Positions 1 through 9,443 of a stretch of 64,000 nt of DNA are shown piece after piece (within the stretch, counting starts at the first letter, position 1; each line of letters begins with the position of its first letter). The translations under genes and the position numbers were made by a program. This stretch comes from Granulicella sp. Its GTDB lineage: Bacteria; Acidobacteriota; Terriglobia; Terriglobales; Acidobacteriaceae. Location of the stretch: NCBI GenBank assembly GCA_027339965.1, contig DAHWNL010000038.1, positions 1 to 64,000 of the forward strand, written 5' to 3'. Under the pieces are notes generated by a model. It was not told where the DNA came from, searched no databases, and worked only from the letters and a program-made list of their open reading frames with translations.

Positions 1-77
1 TTAGCCATACGCTTTGCGTCGCGGAAGAGTCGCCATCTGTAGTCTACAGCATTATGCAGGATGCCGTAAACCTCCTG

Positions 78-133
78 TTTCGCCTCAAGCAGCAAGGCCG
101 CCCGGCTGGGCGGCCTTGCTGCTTGAGGCGAAA
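78..133. repeat. Perfect 26-bp inverted repeat (hairpin) downstream of the LacI gene
   Basis: TTTCGCCTCAAGCAGCAAGGCCGCCC (78-103), loop GGCT, exact reverse complement at 108-133. Confidence 0.9.
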
Positions 134-342
134 ATTCCAGACTCTTCGCACATTTGATATTTTGAGTGACGCAGGAAGGTTGTTGGATTGAGGTGGTTTG
201 CCTTTAATATTTCCGGTTTTGATGCGTACTCCAAAGTCGGGCTGGGCCCGCAGTGGCGTGGTGATCGGGGAAAACGCTCATTGAAGTCGAAGTGTCCCTC
301 TATAACCTGTAGGCCTGCGCCGAAAATACTTGGCGATCCGAT

Positions 343-1407
343 TCAAAGGGCGGAGCGGACCGGGCCTGTTGAGTCGCGCACGACGAGTTCCGGCTCAACC
401 ATAATCTCATCGCGAGGAGGCATGGTGTTATGAATGCGGCTGAGCAGGCTCTGCGTCGCGATTCTGCCGATTTCTTCGAGCGGCTGACGAATCGTCGTGA
501 GGCGTGGCATGGTGAATGCGGCGGCCTTGATGTCATCAAAACCGATCACGGAGACATCGCGAGGGACACGAAGCTTTTCGTCTTGGAGCGCTCGAATGGC
601 GCCGATCGCAGCAATGTCATTGAAGGAAATCAGCGCAGTGAATTTGCGCTTCGCTGCCAGGAGTTGGCCCACGACCGGATAGCCCAGTTCGGGTGAAGAG
701 AGATCACGGTCCAGATTTACCACAAGCTCAGGTTCTATCTGTATGCCGAGATCCCGGGCTACCGAAACCAGTTCGTTCCATCTCGAATCCGAGTCAGAGC
801 TGAATGGTTGTCCGCGCATGAAGGCAATCTTGCGGTGCCCAAGCGAGTATAGATGCTTGAGCGCAAGTTCCGCCGCTCGCCGGTGGTCGAGTAGAACATT
901 GGTGACGCCCTCGACGTGGCGATGTCCGGCTACTGCGACCACAGGGACTGGAATCGAATGCTCCAGAAGGGTGTCGATAGCGATGATGCCCTGGGCGCCG
1001 CGACCGGTCAACATCTTGGTATAGTGTTCCACCAGGCTCTTCTTGTGCCTGTGGTGCGCGGTGAAGTAAAAATAACCGGCCTGGATAAGTTGGTCGCCGA
1101 TGCCGCTCATCACCTGCGTGTGATAACCGTCGCCCAATTCAGGAACCAGGACGCCGACGGTCAGGGTTCTCCGGCTACGCAGCGAGCGCGCCAGGAGATT
1201 CGGCTGGTAGTTCATCTCCGCGGCAGCGGCTTTGATACGGTCCCGGGTAGCTTGCGGGATGGACCGTCCGGGAACGTCATTGAGGACCACCGAGACGGTG
1301 GCGGGGTGCAGCCCGAGACGTTCCGCCAGTTGCTTGAGGCTGGCGGGCTTCAGAGCTCCAAAGTGTGTAGTCTGCTTGCGCTGCTTATCCGCCGTCGTAT
1401 CGGTCAT
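343..1407 (-). CDS. LacI-family transcriptional regulator
   Basis: N-terminal HTH (SLKQLAERLGLHPATVSVVLN...YQPNLLARSL); sugar-binding domain motifs (FNDIAAIGA, VPRDVSVIGFDD, LTTIRQP); GGGAGGGA SD before ATG 1407. Confidence 0.95.
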   Translation of the reverse strand: MTDTTADKQRKQTTHFGALKPASLKQLAERLGLHPATVSVVLNDVPGRSIPQATRDRIKAAAAEMNYQPNLLARSLRSRRTLTVGVLVPELGDGYHTQVMSGIGDQLIQAGYFYFTAHHRHKKSLVEHYTKMLTGRGAQGIIAIDTLLEHSIPVPVVAVAGHRHVEGVTNVLLDHRRAAELALKHLYSLGHRKIAFMRGQPFSSDSDSRWNELVSVARDLGIQIEPELVVNLDRDLSSPELGYPVVGQLLAAKRKFTALISFNDIAAIGAIRALQDEKLRVPRDVSVIGFDDIKAAAFTMPRLTTIRQPLEEIGRIATQSLLSRIHNTMPPRDEIMVEPELVVRDSTGPVRSAL

Positions 1408-1566
1408 CAATCCCTCCCGTCGGATCTTCTTTTTGCTGCGGCACCGGTACGGGTTCAAATGTATTGCACAAAGGAGGCAGCTGCCCTGCAGGATGTTCCA
1501 AGCCGGCCAAGATACCGGGGTATCGGTTGCCTTGGATAGCGTCAGGAATCGGATTCGTCCGTGTTG

Positions 1567-2515
1567 TCATTTTCCGTTGTCGCCATTCGTTGCGGATTGC
1601 GGCGGCATATTCCGCATTTCGTCAAAGATCCTTTCCATTCCGTCTTTCATCTTTCTGAATTTTAGACAAACTTGGATCTGTTTCTTCGACTTCTGTTTAT
1701 TTTCTTCCCTGCGGTCGATTACGGCCAGATGACCGTGAGCCACGTCATGTGTGGGATCGATGCGAATTGCGTGCTCAAATATCCGTCGTGCTTCGTTGAG
1801 ATGGCCTTTGACCGCCGGTAGCTTAGCAAATCGGGTGCAGACCATGCTGTCATCAGAATTGACTTCAAGAGCGCGGGAGGAATCGGCGAAGGCGGCTTTC
1901 AACCTGTCCCTGTTTGGTCTCAGTCAAACCTAATACCAATTCCGCCCACGAATCCCTGGGATTCAACGCACGGGCTGCTTTGAACTTGGCTTCCGCCTCC
2001 ACCCGCTGGGTTGTGTTACCAGAGTTCAGCAGCATGTCACCGACTTCCGCAGGAAGGCTGGGCAGGTTGGTGGCAATTCTGCCGACTGCACGATCATTCG
2101 CAATCGTCTCCGCGGTTTGATTTTACTGGGCAAGTCTGTGCGCCATCATCCGATACATTGCCGCACGCTTGGGCGCAACCATAGCCAATGTTAGCATCGT
2201 CTTGCCGGCGAGATCCGGGTAAAGCCGACAAGGCAAGTAGAAGAGGCCGGAATTGACGGGATCCGTCGCAAGCTTGGCCCATACGACAGCGGCGGCCTTT
2301 CCGAGTTCCTCTTTTGCGGTATATTCGGCGATCAGGGACCGTCCTCCCTGATTCCTGATCTTTTTCTCATTGACAAGGCGGCAAAGAGTATTCAAGGTCG
2401 ATTCCGCGTGCAGAGAGGCTCCCACGGGTCTCTTCACCCGGCTCAGGCAAAGCCTGTAACTTCCACAGGCCGGGTTAGAAGCTCAAAGCTTCTTGGGGGG
2501 ACTGTGGAACAGCGT
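1567..2515 (-). pseudogene. Degraded tetratricopeptide-repeat (TPR) protein
   Basis: TPR-like segments in different frames (PGLWKLQAL...DLEYSLP; EKKIR...HRLAQ; AEAKFKAARALNPRD; KAAFADSSRALEVN...FEHAIRIDPTHDVAHGHLA). In-frame TAA at 2123-2125 and apparent frameshifts near 2370 and 1903. 5' boundary approximate. Confidence 0.7.
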
Positions 2516-2694
2516 CCTTCTCATCACGGCGAAAGAAGGTTGCGATGACATGGCAAGGGTATCGTATCTCTCCGCTGAAATGTGGGGCAAATAGGCATGA
2601 AGGACGGCGAGTGAGCGCTGTCCTTCATGGTTGAAGCCCATATCGATAGTTTGCTGGAGATAGGGATGGGAGATGCAGACGTTCTGAGATTCGT

Positions 2695-2744
2695 CCTGCC
2701 TGCGGTAAGAACCGACTTGCAAGTCGACTCTTGCCGCAGGCAGG
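2695..2744 (-). terminator. Long hairpin just downstream of the TonB receptor stop codon (3' stabiliser or terminator)
   Basis: 50-nt near-palindrome centred on GACTTGCAAGTC; on the minus-strand RNA the imperfections are two G-U wobbles and one C-A mismatch; no U-tract. Confidence 0.6.
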
Positions 2745-2760
2745 CGGATCGAGACTGGGG

Positions 2761-5700
2761 TCAGAACGTCAGGCGTCCCAGAAACTCCCAGGTCCTGCCA
2801 TTGACGGTGACGCTGGTGATCTGAGCTTCGCCTGGTCCGGCACCGATGACGTTGCCGCCGGGCTGCCCGAAGCTGGGGTGGTTGAAGATGTTGGAGGCCA
2901 TGCCACGAAGCTGGAAGACGACATTCCTCGGCGTGTACACGTCGAAGTTCTTGGCCATGGCAAAGTCGAAGTTCACCAGGTCGGGACCGGATACGATATT
3001 GCGGCGGAAGTTGCCGTAAGTATAGGCCGCCGGCACGGCGAATGCATCCAGGTTATACCACTCTTTCAAGCTGTGGTACTGGCCTGTGCCGGTCCGATCC
3101 GGGCCGGTGTCGTTGGTCTTATAGTTCCCGATCAGGTTGGCGTATTGGGTGTAGGATCCTGACTGGTTGTTGGAGCTGTTCTCATAGCCGGTGGTGATCC
3201 CGATGGGATTGCCGGTCTGAGCATCCCATGTCCAGGAGGTCTCCCAACCACCGAGGAACTCATCGACGATGATGTTTTTGTTCATCCAGCGTCGACCCCT
3301 GCCGAAGGGAAGATCATAGACCGCCTCGCCCTTCAGCATCTGACGGATATCGAAGTTGGATCGGCTGTAGTTCTGAGCCGGCAAGTAAGCGTTCTGATAG
3401 TTCTGGTAACCTTCGCGGCTTCCCCAGCCGGATGAATCGAGATCGTCCAGGAAGTGGGACCACGTGTAGTTTGCGCTCAGCTGCAATCCGTTGGCCATGT
3501 TTTTCGTGACCACGATTTGCATCGAGTTGTAGTTGGAGACGGCGTTGTTGGTGCTTCCATTGATTCCCTGGAAAAGTGGATAGGGTTCGTTCACAATGTC
3601 GTTCGGCCCGAGTTCATTCACCGGTACCTGGTTGATGTCTACTGGGAAGTTGAGATTGTCTCCGTGATTGCCAACATAGGCGATGGAGGCCATCCAGTTT
3701 GTCAGGAACTGCCTCTCCAGAGACAGGGTCCATTGGTAGTTGGTTGGCACGGGAGTGTGATACTCGTTGTACGAGACACCTTGGCCGTTGAAGGCCCACG
3801 GCGTGGTCGGGGATTTCAGATAGAGCGAGTTGAGTGAGGCGGAGTTGTAGCCGGCGACGCCGCAGCCCGGATCGGTAGTGTCGGGGGCGCTTCCATTGCC
3901 ATTCAACTCGGTGACCGGGCATATACCGTTGGTTGTGTCCGAGTCGTTGCCGAATTGGCCAAAGGCATTGCCCATGCCGGCGCCGTAGGTGTCTTCGCTC
4001 CAGGTAGAGGCAAAGATTCCTATGCCGCCGCGCAGGACGGTGTTGGGTAGCATGCTCCAACTGAATCCCAGGCGGGGAAGGAAGATGTTGTACTTTGGAG
4101 CCTGCAAGGAGGTACGGCCGTTCTGACCGATGAATCCGTACCAAATGCCCCCCAGAACGGGCGTGCCGGGCTTAACGCCGTTGATGGAAGTGCTGGAAAC
4201 GTTGAAGTTCTGCACGGCCGGATCCCAAACGGCTTCATTGCCCTTGACCTCGTGCCAGCCGGTCTCGCCCTCCCAGCGCAGGCCCATGTTCACGGTCAGA
4301 TTGGGACGCATCTTGAAGTCATCCTGGACGAACAACTGGGGCGACTTCCAACGAGCGCCGTACTCCGGCGTTACCTGTGCGCTCCAGCTTCCGGATTGTC
4401 CGAGCAGGAAGTCGGCGTAGCCGGTGCCGTCATAGGAGCTGGTCGAGTTTCCGCCGGCCGAGGTGTAGTAGCCATTGAAGGAGAAGCTGCCGGAGTTGAT
4501 ATTTCCCCAGGCTGTGGAGTCGGCGCGATTGATCAGGAATTCGCCGCCGAAGTGCAGAACGTGACGGCCCTTGACCAGTGTGACGACGTCAGACGGGTCG
4601 AAGACAAACTCCTTGTACACCGCGTTGGATGCGCTGCCCGGGCCGTAATAGTTATCGGCGATGCTGATGTTCGGGAAGAAATCATATTTGAGCAGCGGCA
4701 TTTGCAAGCTCGACGTGTCGTTGACGGAGAGCGGCTGGAAGTAGTTTAACTGGTCGGTAAATCCCATGCGTGCTTCATTCACCAGGTTGGAGTTAATCGT
4801 CCATGTGTCGGAGATCTGAGCGTTGTCGCGGCTCACATCGCCCGACTGGCACCCGAACGGGCAGAACGGGTTCAAGTAAAGCGCCGGGTTGTTGCTCTCC
4901 GTTTCTGTGGCGGTGACGCGATTGGTGGATGTCAGGTCCGTATCCCAGCGGCCGAACCATTTGATGAAGGGATTCTGGCTTTCTGGCCCAAGGATAGAGA
5001 AGTTGTTGACGGAGTAGGTGGGGACGTTCTGCGGGTAGCCGGCGGCGGCCATCACTGCTTTTTGAATGGCTTGTGCCGACGGGTTGATCATGCTGGTTGG
5101 GATTTTGTTGTAGGTGTGGTCGCCGGGGTGCCCTGCTTCCGCTTCAAAGCTCTGGCGTTGCACGCAGGGAGCGGGAAGCGAGATGGAGCCGCCCGGGAAC
5201 TCCGGCCCTGAATAGGTGCAGCTTCCCGTGTTCACAATGGTCTGGGTGGTGGGATCATAGAGAGTGGGAAGACCAGGCTGGCTAAAGTCGCCGCCCATCT
5301 CGGCGTTGCTAGGCAGAGAGTAGAAGTCCACGTTTCCGGTGCTGTTGTTGATCGTCCGATCGTAGTCAAAGAAGAAGTAGGACTTGTGGAAGATTCCCTT
5401 GGGCAGGACCGGCCCGCCGATGTTTCCACCGAAGTTGTTCAGGTGGATGACGGGAATGGATCCCGAGCCGAAGCCGTAACTGGCCGCATTGAAGACGTTG
5501 TTCTCCAGGTACTCGTACAACTCACCGTGAAAGTGGTCAGTTCCGCTCTTGGTGATCTGGTTGTAAATGATGTTCCCCAGACCGGACTGCGCCGAGAACG
5601 CCGAGGAACTGATCTTCACCTCCGCCGTAGTTTCAAAGATGGTTACATCGGAGTTTTGGCTCATTGGCAAGGTGGTTGTGGCCCCATCCTGCAATACATA

Positions 5701-6303
5701 TTCGTACGGCAAGTTGCCGTTGATGGAGGCCTGGCCTACGTTCTGGTTGGCAACGTTGTTGGAGTTCTCCGGGGTTCCTGATTCGCCGGGTTGCAGTACG
5801 ATGAAGTTCTCCCAGTCCGCTCCGCCTCCATCTCCGCTCCCTATTTGCGGCAGCTCATCCATGGAGGATGCCGTAAGAGTGTCACTTTGCGCGCCACTCT
5901 CAGTGTCGAGCAGGGGCAGTTGGGTGGTGACCGTCACCTGCTGTGTCACAGCACCTACTTCCATCTCGGCGTTCACCGTTTGGATTCCAAGAGTAACGGT
6001 GATGGGGCCCCGGACGTAGGTCTTGAATCCGGCCCTGGAGAACGTAACCCGATAATGGTCCTCTTGAATCGGTCCCGTATCGTATAGCCCGGCCTTGTCG
6101 GTGGTGTAGGTCCGGGTAAACCCTTTGTCCAGATCAAGCACGGTCACTGTAACGCCGGGAACCACGGCTCCAGTTGAGTCCAGGGCGGTGCCGCGAAGGT
6201 CGCCGGAGTTTGTATTTTGTGCAACGCTCACCCCGCCTCTTCCGATCACGAGTCCGCCGGCCAGCAGAAGAAGCGGCAGGATTCGCCGTAGTGGTCTGTT
6301 CAT
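2761..6303 (-). CDS. TonB-dependent receptor, Oar-like, with N-terminal carboxypeptidase-regulatory-like domain
   Basis: Signal peptide; GTALDSTGAVVPGVTVTV; ITKSGTDHFHGELYEY; FVQDDFKMRPNLTVNMGLRWE; PRLGFSW; C-terminal F (GRLTF); GAGGAGG SD before ATG 6303. Confidence 0.93.
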   Translation of the reverse strand: MNRPLRRILPLLLLAGGLVIGRGGVSVAQNTNSGDLRGTALDSTGAVVPGVTVTVLDLDKGFTRTYTTDKAGLYDTGPIQEDHYRVTFSRAGFKTYVRGPITVTLGIQTVNAEMEVGAVTQQVTVTTQLPLLDTESGAQSDTLTASSMDELPQIGSGDGGGADWENFIVLQPGESGTPENSNNVANQNVGQASINGNLPYEYVLQDGATTTLPMSQNSDVTIFETTAEVKISSSAFSAQSGLGNIIYNQITKSGTDHFHGELYEYLENNVFNAASYGFGSGSIPVIHLNNFGGNIGGPVLPKGIFHKSYFFFDYDRTINNSTGNVDFYSLPSNAEMGGDFSQPGLPTLYDPTTQTIVNTGSCTYSGPEFPGGSISLPAPCVQRQSFEAEAGHPGDHTYNKIPTSMINPSAQAIQKAVMAAAGYPQNVPTYSVNNFSILGPESQNPFIKWFGRWDTDLTSTNRVTATETESNNPALYLNPFCPFGCQSGDVSRDNAQISDTWTINSNLVNEARMGFTDQLNYFQPLSVNDTSSLQMPLLKYDFFPNISIADNYYGPGSASNAVYKEFVFDPSDVVTLVKGRHVLHFGGEFLINRADSTAWGNINSGSFSFNGYYTSAGGNSTSSYDGTGYADFLLGQSGSWSAQVTPEYGARWKSPQLFVQDDFKMRPNLTVNMGLRWEGETGWHEVKGNEAVWDPAVQNFNVSSTSINGVKPGTPVLGGIWYGFIGQNGRTSLQAPKYNIFLPRLGFSWSMLPNTVLRGGIGIFASTWSEDTYGAGMGNAFGQFGNDSDTTNGICPVTELNGNGSAPDTTDPGCGVAGYNSASLNSLYLKSPTTPWAFNGQGVSYNEYHTPVPTNYQWTLSLERQFLTNWMASIAYVGNHGDNLNFPVDINQVPVNELGPNDIVNEPYPLFQGINGSTNNAVSNYNSMQIVVTKNMANGLQLSANYTWSHFLDDLDSSGWGSREGYQNYQNAYLPAQNYSRSNFDIRQMLKGEAVYDLPFGRGRRWMNKNIIVDEFLGGWETSWTWDAQTGNPIGITTGYENSSNNQSGSYTQYANLIGNYKTNDTGPDRTGTGQYHSLKEWYNLDAFAVPAAYTYGNFRRNIVSGPDLVNFDFAMAKNFDVYTPRNVVFQLRGMASNIFNHPSFGQPGGNVIGAGPGEAQITSVTVNGRTWEFLGRLTF

Positions 6304-6615
6304 AGAATGCCTCCTCATATAGCTTTCATGTTTCCGTTTCAGTTTTCCCCAAGCCCGCCTATGGGCGGATCCAGGTGTCTCCCTTGCACACAGACCCGGT
6401 GAGCCCTGGGGTTGCTGGGCCAACTCCGCCATCACTCCGGACTGCAAAGGCAAACACTTGCTCTTGTAGCCAAAGTTAACTCGGATCACAGCGCCAGAAT
6501 ACCGACGGCAAAATAGACCAAGATACCGATGGTGCAATCAACCAAAGTGCTGACAACTTGACGCGTAGAGATTAAGACATAGTCGAAAGATGGATGTCAA
6601 GCAAAAAACGTAGAG

Positions 6616-6627
6616 ACAAACGTTTGT
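6616..6627. promoter_or_regulatory. Putative LacI-family operator upstream of the TonB receptor
   Basis: Perfect palindrome ACAAACGTTTGT with central CG, as in LacI-family operators; a minus-strand TTGACA lies at 6600-6595. Confidence 0.55.
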
Positions 6628-7435
6628 TGAAATCCTTACCGAGAATGAGGTGCGGCGGCGCCGCCGGATCTCGGCGAGCCGCTTTGCGGGTACAGGCCGA
6701 GGGACACCATGGAGTTGCATTGGGCGGGTCCGATTGCCGGAGAGTATCCACGGGCTTCCGTCTTGCGCAGCGGCCAGAAAAGCCGGTTCATCGATCGGCG
6801 ATACGGAGGTCGACGCCGAGCCGCCCATCGTGTGAAAGAGGGCCGCCCCGGCAGTAGCGGAGTGCAGTTCGACCCCCAAGCGCCATCGTGCGCCGCAGCC
6901 GTGGCGTTTTTAAGCGCTAAGGTAGCCCGAGCACTGATTTTGGATGCCGGGTGCTGATCGGTCGACCCTGCGCCGGCCTAACCCGTGTTGAATGGCTGCG
7001 GTCTGGGAAGCGGTGAGGCGGAGCTTCAAGATGCGTGTCACGAAATCGATTGTCCTAATCGCAAATTGACTAAAAGTGAAATAGCTGCCGACCTGCATCC
7101 ACCGCTCCACTTCGTTCTGCGATGAAAGAGAGTTGTGACTGCTTCGATCGTATCGAGATGTCCCGTGACGGACACCATAAGGCAACCGGACTCAGTTTCC
7201 GGCAGTGGTGAAGATATTCTGACGGGAGCGGCGTGAAGAGAGCGATCGTCCGAACTTCTAACGGCGTGAGCGCGGGATCGGGTGCCGAGATCTTCCGTTT
7301 GCGCAGGCGGGTCGAATGGCGTGAATGCAATGCGGGCGGCAGGGAGGAAAGCTCTGAGCCAGGCGAGGTCCAGGGGCGAGATTCAAGAAGCCTCCCGCGA
7401 TTCCGTTTAGGATGGACAGGGAAGGAAGTCAAAAG

Positions 7436-9028
7436 ATGATTGCCGAACGTCTCTCTGGAGTCCTGTTGCACATAACGTCGCTGCCATCGATGGGGGGTGT
7501 TGGCGACTTTGGCCCGGAGGCCTATCGGTTTGTTGACTTCCTTGTGATGGGCAAGCAGAGGCTGTGGCAGGTGCTCCCGCTGAGTCCCACCGGCTATGGA
7601 AGCTCGCCCTACTCCGCTCTGTCCGCCTTCGCCGGCAATCCACTGCTGATCAGCCTGGAGTTTCTGGCGCGCGATGGTTGGATCACTCCGGAGCGTTTCC
7701 ACAGCATCTTTGGAGAGGCTGCGGGAGAAGAGACCGAATGCGACTTCGACCGCGCTCTGGCTTCCAAGCTGCCGATACTGGAGGAGGCGGCGGCCAACTT
7801 CCTCGACCGCGCCTCGCCGGAAGATCGAGGCCGCTTTGAGCACTTTTGCCAGGAGAACGCCTTTTGGCTGGCCGACTATGCTCTCTATGGTGTCCTGCGC
7901 CGCCGCTTCCAGTATCAAAGCTGGAACCATTGGCCACCCGAGTATGCAAGCCGCCGTCCGGAGGCCATCCGCGGCCTGATGCAGGAGAGCGGGCGCGAGT
8001 TGGCGGTGGAGCAGGTTCTGCAGTTCTTCTTCAACCAACAGTGGACGGCTCTGCGCTCGTACTGCGCAGATCGCAGCATCCGTATCATGGGTGATGTGGC
8101 GATCTTCGTCAGTTACGATAGCGCGGATGTGTGGACGCATCGAGAGATCTTTGAACTGGACGAGAACGGCGATCCAATTCGCGTCGCCGGGGTTCCTCCG
8201 GATTATTTCTCCGCAACCGGGCAGCGCTGGGGAAATCCGGTCTATAAATGGTCTCTGCTGCAGGAGCGCGAATTTGACTGGTGGGTAGCTCGAATTCGCC
8301 GTGCCCTGGCACTCTATGACCAGATTCGCCTGGATCATTTCCGCGGCTTTGAGGCGTACTGGTCCATCCCAGCAAACGAGCTTACGGCGGTGAATGGAGA
8401 GTGGGTCAAGGCCCCCGGAGAGGCTCTTTTCCGCCGTCTCCAAGAGATTTTTGGCGATCTTCCGTTTATCGCCGAGGATCTCGGCCTGATCACCAGAGAG
8501 GTGGATGCGCTGCGGGAAACCTTTGGCATGCCCGGTATGCGCGTTCTGCAGTTCGGGTTTGCCGACCGTGGAGGCCATCTCTATTTGCCCCATCGTTACG
8601 TGGAGAATACGGTGGTGTACACCGGAACCCATGACAACAACACCACGCTGGGCTGGTGGCTCGAGGATGTGTCAGAGTCAGAGCGAGCCAACATTGAGAC
8701 CTATTTTCATCCGATGCTGAAGGATGGCGATGTGGTGTGGGCGATGATGAAGGCTGCGGCGAACTCGGTCGCCGCGACCTGTATCCTTCCCCTGCAGGAC
8801 ATCCTCTCTCTTGGCAGCGAAGCGCGCATGAACCGCCCTGCCGCGGAGACCGGCAACTGGACCTGGCGGTTCAAGCCGAACGCGCTCGATCCCAGCCTGG
8901 CGATGCAACTGGCCCGTGTGATGGAGATGGCTGACCGCGATAGCTACCATGTGCCCGTGGAGGGTCCGTTCGCCGGAGGGCCCACGGATGTGGCTTCGCT
9001 GCGGGTGCTGGAGGGCTCACAGTCCTAA
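7436..9028 (+). CDS. malQ: 4-alpha-glucanotransferase (amylomaltase, GH77)
   Basis: SGVLLHITSLP, WQVLPL, SPYSALSAFAGN, GVPPDYFSATGQRWGNP, RLDHFRGF, IAEDLG, YTGTHDN. Confidence 0.97.
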   Translation: MIAERLSGVLLHITSLPSMGGVGDFGPEAYRFVDFLVMGKQRLWQVLPLSPTGYGSSPYSALSAFAGNPLLISLEFLARDGWITPERFHSIFGEAAGEETECDFDRALASKLPILEEAAANFLDRASPEDRGRFEHFCQENAFWLADYALYGVLRRRFQYQSWNHWPPEYASRRPEAIRGLMQESGRELAVEQVLQFFFNQQWTALRSYCADRSIRIMGDVAIFVSYDSADVWTHREIFELDENGDPIRVAGVPPDYFSATGQRWGNPVYKWSLLQEREFDWWVARIRRALALYDQIRLDHFRGFEAYWSIPANELTAVNGEWVKAPGEALFRRLQEIFGDLPFIAEDLGLITREVDALRETFGMPGMRVLQFGFADRGGHLYLPHRYVENTVVYTGTHDNNTTLGWWLEDVSESERANIETYFHPMLKDGDVVWAMMKAAANSVAATCILPLQDILSLGSEARMNRPAAETGNWTWRFKPNALDPSLAMQLARVMEMADRDSYHVPVEGPFAGGPTDVASLRVLEGSQS

Positions 9029-9088
9029 TGGCCGTCTAGCAGGCGAAGCGGCGAGCACGTAAACTAGGAGGAGAACCAAGGAGACCCC

Positions 9089-9271
9089 GTGCCACTATCC
9101 GGTGAAGCCATTCGCACCATGAATTACGTTGACGATATCTCTGTAACCTTGCGCCGAATCCTGTCCGTGTTGCCAGTGCTGACCCCTGAGGAGCGCGAGC
9201 GCGTGGCGGAACATATCCGCCACGCTGAGCCAAGTTATGAAACAGTAATCGCCGCTCTGACGGCCAAGTAA
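9089..9271 (+). CDS. Small helical hypothetical protein (60 aa)
   Basis: AAGGAG SD 5 nt before GTG 9089; upstream TAAACT; protein-like amphipathic sequence; fills the gap after malQ. Confidence 0.75.
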   Translation: MPLSGEAIRTMNYVDDISVTLRRILSVLPVLTPEERERVAEHIRHAEPSYETVIAALTAK

Positions 9272-9443
9272 GGCGAGAGATCGTCTGATCGCGCTCCGGC
9301 GCCTGGGTGGAACACTTTGAGTGTGGGTTAAGGGATGGTCTGCTGGGTTGGGGTTTGCCCGGCCTGCATCTGGGCGTTCGTCATAGAGAAAGACGTACAG
9401 GGCGACCGGGAGGAGCGTTCCTACCCGCGCAAAGATCACAGGA

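Noticed and set aside
6860..6880. GTTCGAC T-loop-like motif suggesting a tRNA
   Set aside because: No T-stem pairing or cloverleaf
7070..8632. 520-aa minus-strand ORF
   Set aside because: Antisense shadow of malQ
9325..9353. G-quadruplex-like G-runs
   Set aside because: One loop is 10 nt long and such runs are common on this G-rich strand
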